Origin: Maribacter algarum (ex Lu et al. 2025) (nom. illeg.)
GTDB lineage: Bacteria; Bacteroidota; Bacteroidia; Flavobacteriales; Flavobacteriaceae
Direction of reading: 5' to 3'
Assembly: GCA_947495915.1 (NCBI GenBank)
Contig: CANMAW010000006.1
Location: forward strand, 170,882-234,881
Length of the DNA stretch: 64,000 bases
Under the pieces are notes generated by a model, which saw nothing but the letters and a program-made list of their open reading frames with translations, searched no databases and was not told the origin of the DNA. The translations under genes were made by a program, and so were the position numbers. Of this stretch, positions 19,768 to 29,908 are shown one piece after another. Every line of letters begins with the position of its first letter. The first letter of the stretch is position 1.

Positions 19768-20805
19768 ATGGAAACATTTTTAGGATTAGATTATCCCACC
19801 TGGTGGTTTTTGGTAATAGGAGGTTTATTTTCAGGCTATGCAATTCTTGACGGATTCGACTTTGGAGCAGGAGCATGGCACTTGTTTTTTAATAAAGAAT
19901 TAAGCAGACGAATTGCCTTGAATGCCGTGGGCCCTGTTTGGGATGGAAATGAAGTTTGGCTAGTTATTGGAGGTGGAGCTCTTTTTGCAGGATTTCCGGT
20001 AATGTATGCCACCTTGTTTTCATCATTGTATACTCCGTTTATGTTGTTTTTGGTGTTTATTATTTTTAGGGCTATTTCTATAGAGTTTAGAGGCAAAGAA
20101 GAAATGAAATGGTGGCGTAAAACCTGGGATATTGGTTATAGTATAAGTAGTATTATGCTCGCTTTTTTACTCGGAGTAGTATTAGGGAATGTATTACAAG
20201 GTATTGCTATTGGAGCTGATTTTCAATATCAGGGCGCTGGTTTTTTCGAATTTTTAAATCCGTATTCTTTGTTGACTGGGTTAACTACCTTGTCTCTTTT
20301 TATGGCACATGGAGCTATTTATTTGCTATTGAAAACAGAAGGAAAGTTATATGAGAAGTTAACACTATTACTGAAAAGAGGAATCATTTTCTTTATCATC
20401 TGCTTTAGTATTACCACCATTTATACCTTACTCTATATTCCACATCTATCCGATGCATTTAAAAGTTCTCCGGAATTGTTTATCGTACCGGTGGCTACAT
20501 TTTTAAGTATTGCTAATGTAACACGATTGGCGAGTAAAAAAAGTTATCGTTGGGCTTTTTTCTTCTCTGCATTGACTATAAGCTTTTTATTAATATTAGT
20601 GGCTATTGAATTGTACCCTACTTTACTATTTTCAACGGTTTCACCTAATTATAGCATTGATATTTATAATGCAGCAGCATCTACCAAAACATTGAAAATT
20701 ATGATGCGTATGGTTGCTATTGGTGGCCCGTTAGTGCTTGGCTATACCTATTTTGTATACCGCACTTTTAAAGGAAAAGTAATTTTAGATGAAACGAGCT
20801 ATTAA
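19768..20805 (+). CDS. cydB: Cytochrome bd ubiquinol oxidase subunit II
   Basis: 345 aa polytopic protein starting 7 nt after cydA. ILDGFDFGAG and WDGNEVWL motifs of CydB. Confidence 0.9.
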   Translation: METFLGLDYPTWWFLVIGGLFSGYAILDGFDFGAGAWHLFFNKELSRRIALNAVGPVWDGNEVWLVIGGGALFAGFPVMYATLFSSLYTPFMLFLVFIIFRAISIEFRGKEEMKWWRKTWDIGYSISSIMLAFLLGVVLGNVLQGIAIGADFQYQGAGFFEFLNPYSLLTGLTTLSLFMAHGAIYLLLKTEGKLYEKLTLLLKRGIIFFIICFSITTIYTLLYIPHLSDAFKSSPELFIVPVATFLSIANVTRLASKKSYRWAFFFSALTISFLLILVAIELYPTLLFSTVSPNYSIDIYNAAASTKTLKIMMRMVAIGGPLVLGYTYFVYRTFKGKVILDETSY

Positions 20806-20807
20806 GT

Positions 20808-21242
20808 TTAGCACGAGGAATCGCCTATAATTTTCCACTCGCCGTTGATTCTTTTGAAAATTATCATAAAAGTTCCATTGGCATCACCAACTTCACGGGT
20901 GAGAAAATAGCTTCCCATAACCCAATAGGCATCATCGCTGATTTTGGTGATGTTGGCAATTTCAAATTTTAATTCACCAGTATGTTCTTTAGTTGGGTAA
21001 TTTCGTTTGTAGTTAGCTAATGTAGTATTGTATCCTTTAGTGATTTTTCCGCCACTAAAAAAAAGCAGTTCATCAGATTGTAAGTACCCTTTCATAAAGG
21101 CGTCGATATCATTTTCTGACCAAGCTTTGCGTTCCTCTGTTAAAATATTACGAATCGCAGCAATATCATCTGCCGCAGTAGGTTTTGTTGTTTTACAGGA
21201 GAATACAAATAATAAAAGTACAACTGGAAGTATCGTTTTCAT
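20808..21242 (-). CDS. NTF2-like (SnoaL/DUF4440-type) lipoprotein
   Basis: Lipobox LLLFVFSCK. 144 aa with the alpha+beta barrel sequence pattern (AWSENDIDAFMKGY ... GEWKI) typical of DUF4440/SnoaL-like proteins. Confidence 0.5.
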   Translation of the reverse strand: MKTILPVVLLLFVFSCKTTKPTAADDIAAIRNILTEERKAWSENDIDAFMKGYLQSDELLFFSGGKITKGYNTTLANYKRNYPTKEHTGELKFEIANITKISDDAYWVMGSYFLTREVGDANGTFMIIFKRINGEWKIIGDSSC

Positions 21243-21288
21243 AGCTCTATTTGAATTGAAGACTATGAAAGTACTAAATTTTATAAAT

Positions 21289-21316
21289 AAAAAAGTCCTG
21301 ATGAATGATCAGGACT
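21289..21316 (-). terminator. Rho-independent terminator after the BI-1 family gene
   Basis: 9 bp stem AGTCCTGAT/ATCAGGACT with a 5 nt loop. On the minus strand it is followed by TTTTT. Confidence 0.6.
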
Positions 21317-21339
21317 TATAATTTTTATAGCGCAATATA

Positions 21340-22047
21340 CTAGTCATTCGAAAGAATACTTAAGATATACCAAAACAGTAGCATTAATGAGGCAAATAAA
21401 CCTAAAGAAGCAGCTACATATTGATTCTCTTTATACTTATGAATCATATTTGAGGTCTGGTATAAGATCGAGCCAGAGGCTAAAATTACCATTCCTGCAC
21501 TAAACCATAGTCCGAGATTGAAACCAAATAAAGTTCCGGCAACGATTAAACCCATTGCGATAAATCCTGCAATAGTCAAAGCAGATTTCATAAAAGAAAA
21601 GTCTTTTTTCGTAATGAAAACTACGGCTGAAAGTCCGGTAAATAATGATAAAGTCAAAACAGCAGCCTGATTTAATATAGAGAATGCACCATCTTCTGCC
21701 ATCATCATAGCTATAAAAATTAATGGAATGAAAATGAATGCTTCTGCTACGACATATAGTACTAGTCCGGCATAATGCATATTAGTATTGTCACTTTTCA
21801 ATGCCATCTTTTCGGCGTAGTTAGTAACTAACATAAAACCTCCTAATAAAAGTAACCAACTGATTCCTCCAGTAAGCGACAACGCAAAGTTTACGATTGC
21901 ATCAACTTGAAAAAAGAGGGTTTCTACTAGAATAAATAATAATACTGCACCAGCTAAGTGGGCATATGTTTTTTTGTAGAAAGTAACGCGAACGTCATCA
22001 GATAATTGACTTACGACTGGGGTGTGAGACATCTGTGGGTTTTCCAT
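21340..22047 (-). CDS. Bax inhibitor-1/YccA family membrane protein
   Basis: 235 aa with seven TM helices. N-terminal FYKKTYAHLAGAVLLF and a C-terminal charged tail, as in the BI-1/YccA family. Confidence 0.8.
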   Translation of the reverse strand: MENPQMSHTPVVSQLSDDVRVTFYKKTYAHLAGAVLLFILVETLFFQVDAIVNFALSLTGGISWLLLLGGFMLVTNYAEKMALKSDNTNMHYAGLVLYVVAEAFIFIPLIFIAMMMAEDGAFSILNQAAVLTLSLFTGLSAVVFITKKDFSFMKSALTIAGFIAMGLIVAGTLFGFNLGLWFSAGMVILASGSILYQTSNMIHKYKENQYVAASLGLFASLMLLFWYILSILSND

Positions 22048-22207
22048 AAATAGGTTTTTAATTAATAGTATGAATTTTCACTAACGATATATGTTTCAAG
22101 AAAATTATATGATATAGATGAACGACATATTTATTCGATTGAAGACTAATGTGCACAGCATTAGAAAATTAACTTTAGTATCTTGATGTCATAATTCATC
22201 GGTTTCT

Positions 22208-23035
22208 ATGAGAGTTGATAAGGTTAAAAATGGAGCAATAGTGGTTCAAAACAATCAGTTTTTTACCTTAGAAGTTTCTAATTGGGATATGTTTTTAAAT
22301 CGTACCAACTTGCATAGAAAACTGCTAAATGATTTGATTGGAGCAATTGAAATTGATGATGTTGACTTAGAAAGTCTAGAAGTTCCCATGGGGACTCAAG
22401 AAATATGGGCGGCAGGGGTAACGTACTTGAAAAGTAAGGATGCTCGTAAGGAGGAGTCAAGAAAAGCTGGATCTGCTTCCTTTTATGATCAGGTTTACGA
22501 TGCCGAAAGACCAGAGTTGTTTTTCAAGGCCAGTGCTTTGCGTACCGTTGCTCATAATGGTACGGTGCGTATTCGAAAAGATTCAAAATGGAATGTTCCA
22601 GAGCCGGAATTAACTCTATTACTAAGCTCACAAGGAACCATAGAAGGCTATACCATAGGCAATGATATGAGTTCTCGCAGTATTGAAGGTGAAAACCCTT
22701 TATATTTACCGCAAGCCAAAACCTATGATGGTTGTGCTGCTTTAGGCCCTTGTATTTATGTGTTAGACAAACTTTTACCTGTAAAAACAGGTATTCGTTT
22801 AGATATTTTAAGAAAAAGCAAAACCGTTTTTTCTGAGGAAATTCAGCTGAAAAAAATGAAGAGAAAGCTGCAAGATTTGGTGGATTATTTGTTTCGTGAA
22901 AATTCATTTCCAAATGGCTGTTTTCTAATGACTGGAACGGGTATAATTCCTTCTAAAGAGTTTACTTTACAAATTGGTGATAAAACCCTAATTTCTATAG
23001 AAGGAATCGGAACTTTAACCAATATTGTAGCATAG
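22208..23035 (+). CDS. Fumarylacetoacetate hydrolase (FAH) family protein, possible 2-keto-3-deoxy-sugar-acid dehydratase type
   Basis: 275 aa. Pattern IWAAGVTY ... ELFFKA ... EPELTLL ... IGNDMSSR ... TGTGI matches FAH-fold metal-dependent hydrolase/dehydratase motifs. Confidence 0.65.
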   Translation: MRVDKVKNGAIVVQNNQFFTLEVSNWDMFLNRTNLHRKLLNDLIGAIEIDDVDLESLEVPMGTQEIWAAGVTYLKSKDARKEESRKAGSASFYDQVYDAERPELFFKASALRTVAHNGTVRIRKDSKWNVPEPELTLLLSSQGTIEGYTIGNDMSSRSIEGENPLYLPQAKTYDGCAALGPCIYVLDKLLPVKTGIRLDILRKSKTVFSEEIQLKKMKRKLQDLVDYLFRENSFPNGCFLMTGTGIIPSKEFTLQIGDKTLISIEGIGTLTNIVA

Positions 23036-23092
23036 TAGTTTGAAGATAAAACTAGCTAACTTCTCTTTAGACAAAACTATTATTCTCTTATC

Positions 23093-24775
23093 TTAAGAAA
23101 TCGACTTAGATAGTAGGCGTGATTTTTTCACTTCCATTTTCTTTAACATCCATTCAGGGTAATCAGAATCATCTTCTGCTTCAAAAATCTGCAAGTGTTG
23201 GTCTGGCTGTGGTTCTTTTAAGGTATCGGGGTGACAACCTAAAATTTCCGCAGCCGTAGCAACACCAGAATGACTTGCACCCGCTACACCATGAGACAAA
23301 ATACTAGCCCCACATAAATACAAGTTTTCAATTTCACTTTTAGAATTATAAGCAAACGGACCAATATGTTTTAAACTTTTTTCGGTACCATATACATTGC
23401 CTTCGGTGGTGTTGATGTAGTACTCATTGGTTAATGGAGTACCTAATTCTTTATGCACAATATGATCGCTAATACCTGGTACAGCTTTCTCAAGCCCCTT
23501 TAACATCTTTTGCATCAGGTGGTTTTTGAATGCTAAATATGCCTCAGATCGCTGCGTGTCTTCATCTTTGTACTTCTCAAAAGCTTTGTAATCAATAAAA
23601 CTAATAACCTCTAAACAATGATTTTTGCCATCAAAGCTAGCGGGGTCTTTTAAGGTTGTACAACTTATAAACATGCCTTCGAACGGTGCTTTAGATGTCA
23701 AGTCAGACTGCATGGCTTCATCGTAATATTGATCTTGGTCTTTATCGGGCATCATCCAAATATTACCAGAGTCTAATCCTGCTTTACGCACATCCATATC
23801 GACGGTTAAAAACAGCATAATGGAAGTACAAGAATAAACTGTTTTATTCAGCTTCTTTTGAAGCTTCGCACTTAAGTATTCTTTTCCAATTAAATCGTTA
23901 TAAGTAATACCAACATCAGCGTTTGAAATAATTTGGTTTGCATAAAGTTGTTCACCATTTTCAAGAAGCACCCCAACTGCTTTCTTAGTAACGCCTTCTT
24001 CAATTAATATCTTTTCAACAGCATGGCTTGTTCGTATTTCACCTTGATGTTTTTTCAAAGCATTGGTCATGGCTTTGATCAAAGCGCCACCACCACCCAT
24101 AGGGTAGTAGCCCCCATAGAAGTAATGAAACATCAATGCAGAATGCAAAACGAAAGCTGCTTTTTTTGGTTGTACCCCATGATCACCACATTGAATATTT
24201 AGTATGTTTTTTAGTAAAGGATCTTTGATATGCCAATTGATTACTTTTCTTAAGGTAAAAAGTCCATATTTTCCAAAATGTCTTGTTTTATACGGAATAG
24301 TCAATTTCTGCCAAAAGCCTTTAAAATAGGGGAGGGAATATAATTCTTCGCTCACCTTACGAATTAAACCCAAATATTTTTTAATCTGTTTTTTTTCTTT
24401 TGGAAATCGTTCTGATAATCGATTTGCCAATGCTTCTGGATCTGCAGGAAAATCAAACCGATGTTCTCCAATATGTACATGTTCGTAGGCATCAGGATTC
24501 ATTCTAAAAAACGTCAAATCATTGGCGATACCCAATCCTCGATACAGATCATTAGTAGCTTCTCCTTCGGCACAAAGTCCTACATAATGCACCCCAGGGG
24601 TAAATCGATGTCCGTTTAAATAGAAACTATGACACCATCCGCCAGGTACATCATGTTGCTCCAGCACCAAAACTTTTTGCCCAGCACGTGACAAACAAAT
24701 AGCAGCGGCTAGGCCTCCAGCACCAGAGCCTATGATAATGGTATCGTAAGAGTTTTTAGAAGTTTCTTCAGACAT
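23093..24775 (-). CDS. FAD-dependent oxidoreductase, phytoene desaturase (CrtI)/retinol saturase-like family
   Basis: N-terminal YDTIIIGSGAGGLAAA Rossmann motif followed by VLEQHDVPGG. 560 aa. Confidence 0.7.
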   Translation of the reverse strand: MSEETSKNSYDTIIIGSGAGGLAAAICLSRAGQKVLVLEQHDVPGGWCHSFYLNGHRFTPGVHYVGLCAEGEATNDLYRGLGIANDLTFFRMNPDAYEHVHIGEHRFDFPADPEALANRLSERFPKEKKQIKKYLGLIRKVSEELYSLPYFKGFWQKLTIPYKTRHFGKYGLFTLRKVINWHIKDPLLKNILNIQCGDHGVQPKKAAFVLHSALMFHYFYGGYYPMGGGGALIKAMTNALKKHQGEIRTSHAVEKILIEEGVTKKAVGVLLENGEQLYANQIISNADVGITYNDLIGKEYLSAKLQKKLNKTVYSCTSIMLFLTVDMDVRKAGLDSGNIWMMPDKDQDQYYDEAMQSDLTSKAPFEGMFISCTTLKDPASFDGKNHCLEVISFIDYKAFEKYKDEDTQRSEAYLAFKNHLMQKMLKGLEKAVPGISDHIVHKELGTPLTNEYYINTTEGNVYGTEKSLKHIGPFAYNSKSEIENLYLCGASILSHGVAGASHSGVATAAEILGCHPDTLKEPQPDQHLQIFEAEDDSDYPEWMLKKMEVKKSRLLSKSIS

Positions 24776-24850
24776 GTAGCTGCTTTTGTTTATCGAAGAT
24801 AAAAGAAATATTTTCGGATAGAACCTGTATACTAATAAATTGCTTTTGCT

Positions 24851-24892
24851 AAAAATAAAAATGCCGTAGGAAGAACTACAACCTATGGCATT
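24851..24892 (-). terminator. Rho-independent terminator ending the 24.9-31.9 kb minus-strand gene string
   Basis: 11 bp stem AATGCCGTAGG/CCTATGGCATT (one G.U pair). On the minus strand it is followed by TTTTTATTTTT. Confidence 0.7.
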
Positions 24893-24910
24893 AATAAAAT
24901 AATTATAACC

Positions 24911-25615
24911 TTATTTCGCAGACAGAGCCTTTGCAATTGCGGCTTCCACTAAAGGTTCCATAACCACATATCCTTCTTTAGTTGGGTGTACTTCATCATG
25001 AGCATACTTCTTGGGAAGTCCATTACGTTCATCAACCATTGCAGTAAAATAATCCAAGTAAATATGGCCTTTCCTATCACAATATTCTTTTAGCATTTTA
25101 TTTAATGCAATGATTTTCGGAGCAGGTTCAAGTCCGGGCTTCCAAGGATAGTCATAGGCTGGTAAGGTAGATGATAGAATAACTTTAATGCCATTGGCAT
25201 GCGCAATTTCTGCCATTCCTTTGATGTTATTAGCAATCATTTCTAAGGTTGAAGGCCCTGTATTACCTGCGATATCATTGGTTCCTGCTAAGATAACCAC
25301 CACTTTAGGTTTTAACTCTATTACATCTTGACGAAAACGAATTAGCATTTGTGGTGTAGTTTGCCCACTGATCCCTCTATTAATCCATGGTTTGTCTTTA
25401 AAAAACTCAGGGCGTGCATTAAGCCAACCTATGGTTATCGAATTACCCATAAATACAACACGATCTTCATCGGCTAATGGTTCTTCTAATTGTGCATTCG
25501 CTTCTTGAAATTTTTTAAGGTTGGGCCAATCTTCATTTTTTTGTGCTTTAGCAGAATTCATACCAACTAAGTTTGTTAATATTCCAATCATAAAGAGCAG
25601 TTTAATTTTTTTCAT
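24911..25615 (-). CDS. SGNH/GDSL hydrolase family lipase/esterase (secreted)
   Basis: Blocks FMGNSIT (catalytic Ser), GISGQTT, GTNDI and DEVHP. I prefer the ATG at 25615 (MKKIKLLFMIG signal peptide) over the track start at 25666. Confidence 0.75.
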   Translation of the reverse strand: MKKIKLLFMIGILTNLVGMNSAKAQKNEDWPNLKKFQEANAQLEEPLADEDRVVFMGNSITIGWLNARPEFFKDKPWINRGISGQTTPQMLIRFRQDVIELKPKVVVILAGTNDIAGNTGPSTLEMIANNIKGMAEIAHANGIKVILSSTLPAYDYPWKPGLEPAPKIIALNKMLKEYCDRKGHIYLDYFTAMVDERNGLPKKYAHDEVHPTKEGYVVMEPLVEAAIAKALSAK

Positions 25616-25666
25616 AACCAATATTTCTAGATTTAGATAGTCAATAGTATTACAAAGAATAATCAT

Positions 25667-26131
25667 TCAATGTTTTAACTTGTCAAATTCTTTTTGTTCT
25701 TCAATACTCAAGGGTAATGCCTCAGTCAATTTTTGAAATGATGGTTTTTTACTATATAAGAAAATGATCATACAAGCTGCTATAGCTAAGAACAATGCAT
25801 TTCCTGAGGTGTAATACGCCATTAAAGCTAAGATAGCAGGACCTTCTATTATGGCATATTGCAATACCAAAGCTGATTGATAACGTTGTAATTTTTTAAC
25901 CAACGTATCATTTTTATCAATTTTTTGAATATGTTTTTCAAAAAGATAGGTGCTACCAAAATACCCTGCAACAGCTACTGAAGGAACTAAATATAACATC
26001 AGGTTACTTTCTGAATCAGCAATTAAAGTATTGTCAAATTGCAGAAAAGATATCGTAGCAAATAATAATAATCCGACACACAGTGCCAAATGAATTATTT
26101 TAAGTGTTTTCAAGAATGATTGCGGCCGCAT
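25667..26131 (-). CDS. Hypothetical membrane protein (4 TM)
   Basis: 154 aa ORF with four hydrophobic segments. I recognise no family motif. Confidence 0.45.
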   Translation of the reverse strand: MRPQSFLKTLKIIHLALCVGLLLFATISFLQFDNTLIADSESNLMLYLVPSVAVAGYFGSTYLFEKHIQKIDKNDTLVKKLQRYQSALVLQYAIIEGPAILALMAYYTSGNALFLAIAACMIIFLYSKKPSFQKLTEALPLSIEEQKEFDKLKH

Positions 26132-26171
26132 ATAGGATTTTTATGATATATTTCAAATAATGTAATAAAAT

Positions 26172-27461
26172 CTATTTTATCGGAGATGCATGTAAAAGTT
26201 CCATTCCAGTAGAGGATCGTGGTTTAAAACCTTCCCAGTCTTTTTCATTTGAATTCGATTGCAGGTCTAAATATTTTTGATATTCTTTTTGTTTTAAATG
26301 AATGCCAATGAACGCCGTTAAAAAATGTTGATTGACATTGTTTATTTTGCGCTGATCCCAAGTGCCATCAGCATAACGGTAATATTCATCAATATGTAAA
26401 CTAGGCCTAAATGATTCTGCTGGTGGAGGATTTGGTGCTACATTATGTCTAGCGTCTATATAAGTAAGCAAATAGCGATCAGAATTTACAGCACCTTCAT
26501 AAATAGCTTTTATTCCCTTTTCATAACCAGAAATATCGTCTTGACTTCCTGCAATAAACAAGGTGGGCTTTTTTAAGCCTTTTAATCCTTCAGCATCCCA
26601 AACACCGCGTTCCATTCCCCAAGGGGCGAAAGCTACCACAGCCTTGATACGTGGATCATCTAATTTTTGATACTCTGGGTTACTAGCCGAATGAATGCTC
26701 AATGCTTTACTACCCCCTGTCATTCCAACAGTAAATGCCGCGAAAGCATCGCTATAACCAGCACCTGCCACATTTAAAACACCAAATCCTCCCATAGAAA
26801 AACCTACTATTGCCGTATTGTTAGCATCAATTAAGCCCTTTAAAACATTTGAACTTGATTGGCTCCCTAGTGCTTCCATTCGATTTATAACAAAACGAAT
26901 ATCTAAGGCCCGATTTAAAAGTGTACTTTGAAAAGCATTAGCATCTTTGAATGTTGATTCCGTATGATCAATTGCTACGACAATATATCCTTTTGAGGCC
27001 AAATTTTCAGTTAAATAGGTCATCAGATATCGTGAACCCACATAACCATGAGATACGACAACCAAGGGGAATGCGGCATCAGATGAAAAAGGAACAGCAT
27101 CACGAACAGCGCGCCCTTTAAAAGTAAAAGGTATCAAGGGTCGAAGTGAATCACCACGAGTACCCATAACTTCATGGTAACTTGTGGTAACTTTTAAATC
27201 TTGAGGTAACGCAGCAGGGTACCAAACTTCAACAGTGAGTGGGCGATCGTATAAAGGGTCTTTTCCCTCTTTCGAGTTAAGAATATCAATCTGATCTTTA
27301 TTGACAAAATTTAAAGTTTGAACACCAACTTGGTATTTACCTCGTGCTGATAGTTCTGGTGCATCAGGTAAAGGATCACCGTATAAAAATTCTTGAGCAA
27401 TAATACCTTGCGTAGCTGCAATACAGATAATTAAAGTGAGTAATGTAATTTTTTTAGTCAT
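26172..27461 (-). CDS. Secreted alpha/beta hydrolase (PAF-acetylhydrolase / dienelactone hydrolase-like)
   Basis: Signal peptide; PLVVVSHGYVGSR; nucleophile elbow GFSMGG; later D and H candidates (GSQDD, DARHN). Confidence 0.65.
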   Translation of the reverse strand: MTKKITLLTLIICIAATQGIIAQEFLYGDPLPDAPELSARGKYQVGVQTLNFVNKDQIDILNSKEGKDPLYDRPLTVEVWYPAALPQDLKVTTSYHEVMGTRGDSLRPLIPFTFKGRAVRDAVPFSSDAAFPLVVVSHGYVGSRYLMTYLTENLASKGYIVVAIDHTESTFKDANAFQSTLLNRALDIRFVINRMEALGSQSSSNVLKGLIDANNTAIVGFSMGGFGVLNVAGAGYSDAFAAFTVGMTGGSKALSIHSASNPEYQKLDDPRIKAVVAFAPWGMERGVWDAEGLKGLKKPTLFIAGSQDDISGYEKGIKAIYEGAVNSDRYLLTYIDARHNVAPNPPPAESFRPSLHIDEYYRYADGTWDQRKINNVNQHFLTAFIGIHLKQKEYQKYLDLQSNSNEKDWEGFKPRSSTGMELLHASPIK

Positions 27462-27537
27462 GAGTAAGTTTTCAGTTTGCTTTAAAAATAAGCAAAAAAT
27501 AAGGGACTAAAAACTAAGACCATTGGTCGCCTGATTA

Positions 27538-28353
27538 CTAAAGTTTTATAGCTTCATAATGCTCGCGAATCAAATTCTCGCCATATTGTCGTTCTAACCT
27601 ACGAATACTAAAATGAGCTCGTGCCATATTCTGAAAATGGTTAATAAATGCCAAATTAATGGAAGCACCACCTGCTGCACCGATTATTGGAATAGCTTGA
27701 GCTGCAAATTTTTCTGAAACTTGAATACTAAAGCGAGAGGCAATTGCCCCAATAAGTTTTACAAATGCATTATTACTGCCTTGAAGTATGCTACCCATAC
27801 CATGTTTTGCAGCATATGAAGTGGCATTTTTTACCGCTGAACTTAGGGCTATTCGTGTTGCATAATATCCAGTATCTAAAGTATCATCATGTTTTGATTT
27901 GCCACCTAAAGCTAATACTTGAAGGCAAGCTAATTGGGTATCTAATTCTTGTAAATTTTCACCTTCACTTCGTGCAATATCCATAATGGAACGCATCATT
28001 AATTTGGTCGCTAGAGTTAAATCTACTGCAAATGCTGTAGCCCCAAAAGCACCACCAATTATACCTGACGAGGTTACTAAGGCCTTATAAGTATTGTTCG
28101 ACGATGTGGTATTAGATTTACCAGACTTCATGGTTTTTAAATTCGTTTTAACAACAGCATGAAGTACTTTATGCGCTACTTGTTGTAACCATTTTTGTTG
28201 TTTTTTTGGTAGTTTGTCAATACCCGTTTCTAATATACCGCCTATGCGATTAAGTCCTTTCATGGCCCAACCAATTTCTTCCATTTTTCGTTTGGCAGCC
28301 TGTAGATCACTTAAATCTGTATCACTAATAGTAGGAATTAGGTTTGTGCTCAT
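27538..28353 (-). CDS. EcsC family protein
   Basis: 271 aa. Central glycine-rich hydrophobic stretch and a C-terminal IPIIGAAGGASINLAFINHFQNMARAHFSIRRLERQYG, which resembles the conserved EcsC C-terminus. This is from memory, not a search. Confidence 0.5.
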   Translation of the reverse strand: MSTNLIPTISDTDLSDLQAAKRKMEEIGWAMKGLNRIGGILETGIDKLPKKQQKWLQQVAHKVLHAVVKTNLKTMKSGKSNTTSSNNTYKALVTSSGIIGGAFGATAFAVDLTLATKLMMRSIMDIARSEGENLQELDTQLACLQVLALGGKSKHDDTLDTGYYATRIALSSAVKNATSYAAKHGMGSILQGSNNAFVKLIGAIASRFSIQVSEKFAAQAIPIIGAAGGASINLAFINHFQNMARAHFSIRRLERQYGENLIREHYEAIKL

Positions 28354-28364
28354 CTTTTAATTCT

Positions 28365-29285
28365 TTAAGTTTTTTTAATTTCTGGTTGACCATTGATGTT
28401 CAATTCAAAAATGTCGTTTCTGGCATAGTGGCCAACGACATCAAAGTCAAGTTTACTTTTTGTTACGTCCTCTAGATCTAAATCAGCTATTAATACTCCC
28501 GCTTCACCAAATAAAGGCCCAGCAATTACTTTGCCAAGAGGAGAAACAATCATACTTCCACCTTCACATAAATGTTCTTGTTCCTCTTGAACAAGACGTG
28601 CATATTTTTCCGGATACATTGATTTAGTATAGTATTGATTACAACCAAGAACAAAACATCTGCCTTCTAAGGCAATGTGTTTCATAGTGGTTGTCCATTC
28701 TTCGCGCGAGTCGGCTGTAGGCGCAATATAAATTTCAACACCTTTCTCATACATGCTCATTCGCGCAAGCGGCATATAATTCTCCCAGCAAATAAGTCCA
28801 CCTAGTTTACCAATTCTTGTTTGAAAGGTTACTAAAGATTCACCTGCTGCTTCAGCCCAAATTAAGCGTTCGGTACCCGTGGGTTTAATTTTACGGTGTA
28901 CGCCTAATAACCCATGTGTAGGCGAGAGATAAATCATAGCACAATGAAGACTACTATTTATATTGTTTTTTTCTGTTGCGCCTATTACCAGAAATACATC
29001 GTTTTCTTTGGAAATATTTTCAAGTCTTTGTCTGTCTTCACTTTCTAAATCAATACTTTTTGAACGATACTCTGCATATAGTTGTCTTCCTTTATCGGTT
29101 CTACTTCCAATTTTTGCTCCGAAATCAAAACCCCGTGGGTAACCAGGAATGAATGATTCTGGAAAAACCAATAACTCACAACCCTTTCGGGCATAGGTCT
29201 GTACTAAAGATTCTAGTTTTTGGAGTGTTTGTTCTTTATCAAAGAATGCCGGACTCTCTTGAATTACGCCAACTTTTATTTTCAT
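28365..29285 (-). CDS. Nitrilase (carbon-nitrogen hydrolase superfamily)
   Basis: Glu-Lys-Cys triad context: LVFPESF, HRKIKPT and ICWENYMPLAR. Confidence 0.85.
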   Translation of the reverse strand: MKIKVGVIQESPAFFDKEQTLQKLESLVQTYARKGCELLVFPESFIPGYPRGFDFGAKIGSRTDKGRQLYAEYRSKSIDLESEDRQRLENISKENDVFLVIGATEKNNINSSLHCAMIYLSPTHGLLGVHRKIKPTGTERLIWAEAAGESLVTFQTRIGKLGGLICWENYMPLARMSMYEKGVEIYIAPTADSREEWTTTMKHIALEGRCFVLGCNQYYTKSMYPEKYARLVQEEQEHLCEGGSMIVSPLGKVIAGPLFGEAGVLIADLDLEDVTKSKLDFDVVGHYARNDIFELNINGQPEIKKT

Positions 29286-29327
29286 GAATTGGTTACAACT
29301 TTTATTTGTGTTTATTACTTTATTAGT

Positions 29328-29591
29328 TTAAGAAAGTATAAAAAAAAGCAAGAAAATAACAATAATTAAAAAAGATAAACCATAGATCGCTATTTCACTT
29401 TGCCTATCTTTTTTGGCTTGTTTTCTGATACTTGCTTTAATTGTTTCTAATTCTTCAGTGGATATCTTTTTAAATTCTAGAACTGTCTTACCTGAAGATT
29501 TAATAAAAAGATTTTTTACATCCTTAAATTTTCTTCTTTGAAGTAAAGAACGATTACTTTTTACAACATTAATTGCGTCAAAATCAGTCAT
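29328..29591 (-). CDS. Small tail-anchored membrane protein, tandem paralog A
   Basis: 87 aa with a basic helical N-domain and one C-terminal TM. Clearly similar to the adjacent 98 aa ORF. Confidence 0.5.
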   Translation of the reverse strand: MTDFDAINVVKSNRSLLQRRKFKDVKNLFIKSSGKTVLEFKKISTEELETIKASIRKQAKKDRQSEIAIYGLSFLIIVIFLLFFILS

Positions 29592-29597
29592 AACTAA

Positions 29598-29894
29598 TTA
29601 ATTAAAGAATAACCAATACAATCCATAAAGTACAACAGCAGTACAAACTAAATATATACCAGTTTCTTTCCAAGCGGCAACTTTTGCTGTTCTACGTATT
29701 TCATTCTTTATTTGAGCGAGTTTTTCTGGAGATACTTTTTTAAATTCTAATTCCGTTCTACCCGCTGCATCTTGATAAAGTGCTCTAACTTCTTTAAATG
29801 TATTTCGCTTTTGTAATAAGGCCCTATTGGCCTTAACTACTTTCATCGGTTGACCTGCATATCCCATATCTTCATCTTTTAATATGGGTAGCAA
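29598..29894 (-). CDS. Small tail-anchored membrane protein, tandem paralog B
   Basis: 98 aa. Shares VVKxNRxLLQxR..FKxV..L....GxTxLEFKKxSxExLxxIKxxIRxxAK plus a C-terminal TM with the 87 aa neighbour. Confidence 0.5.
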   Translation of the reverse strand: MLPILKDEDMGYAGQPMKVVKANRALLQKRNTFKEVRALYQDAAGRTELEFKKVSPEKLAQIKNEIRRTAKVAAWKETGIYLVCTAVVLYGLYWLFFN

Positions 29895-29908
29895 AAAAAG
29901 AAGTTTTG

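Noticed and set aside
25616-25666. N-terminal extensions of ORF-track starts (25666, 48801, 49315, 49826)
   Set aside because: Internal ATGs at 25615, 48735, 49288 and 49784 begin canonical signal, lipoprotein or TM sequences. They also remove overlaps with upstream genes. The longer versions add non-hydrophobic junk residues before the signal peptide.
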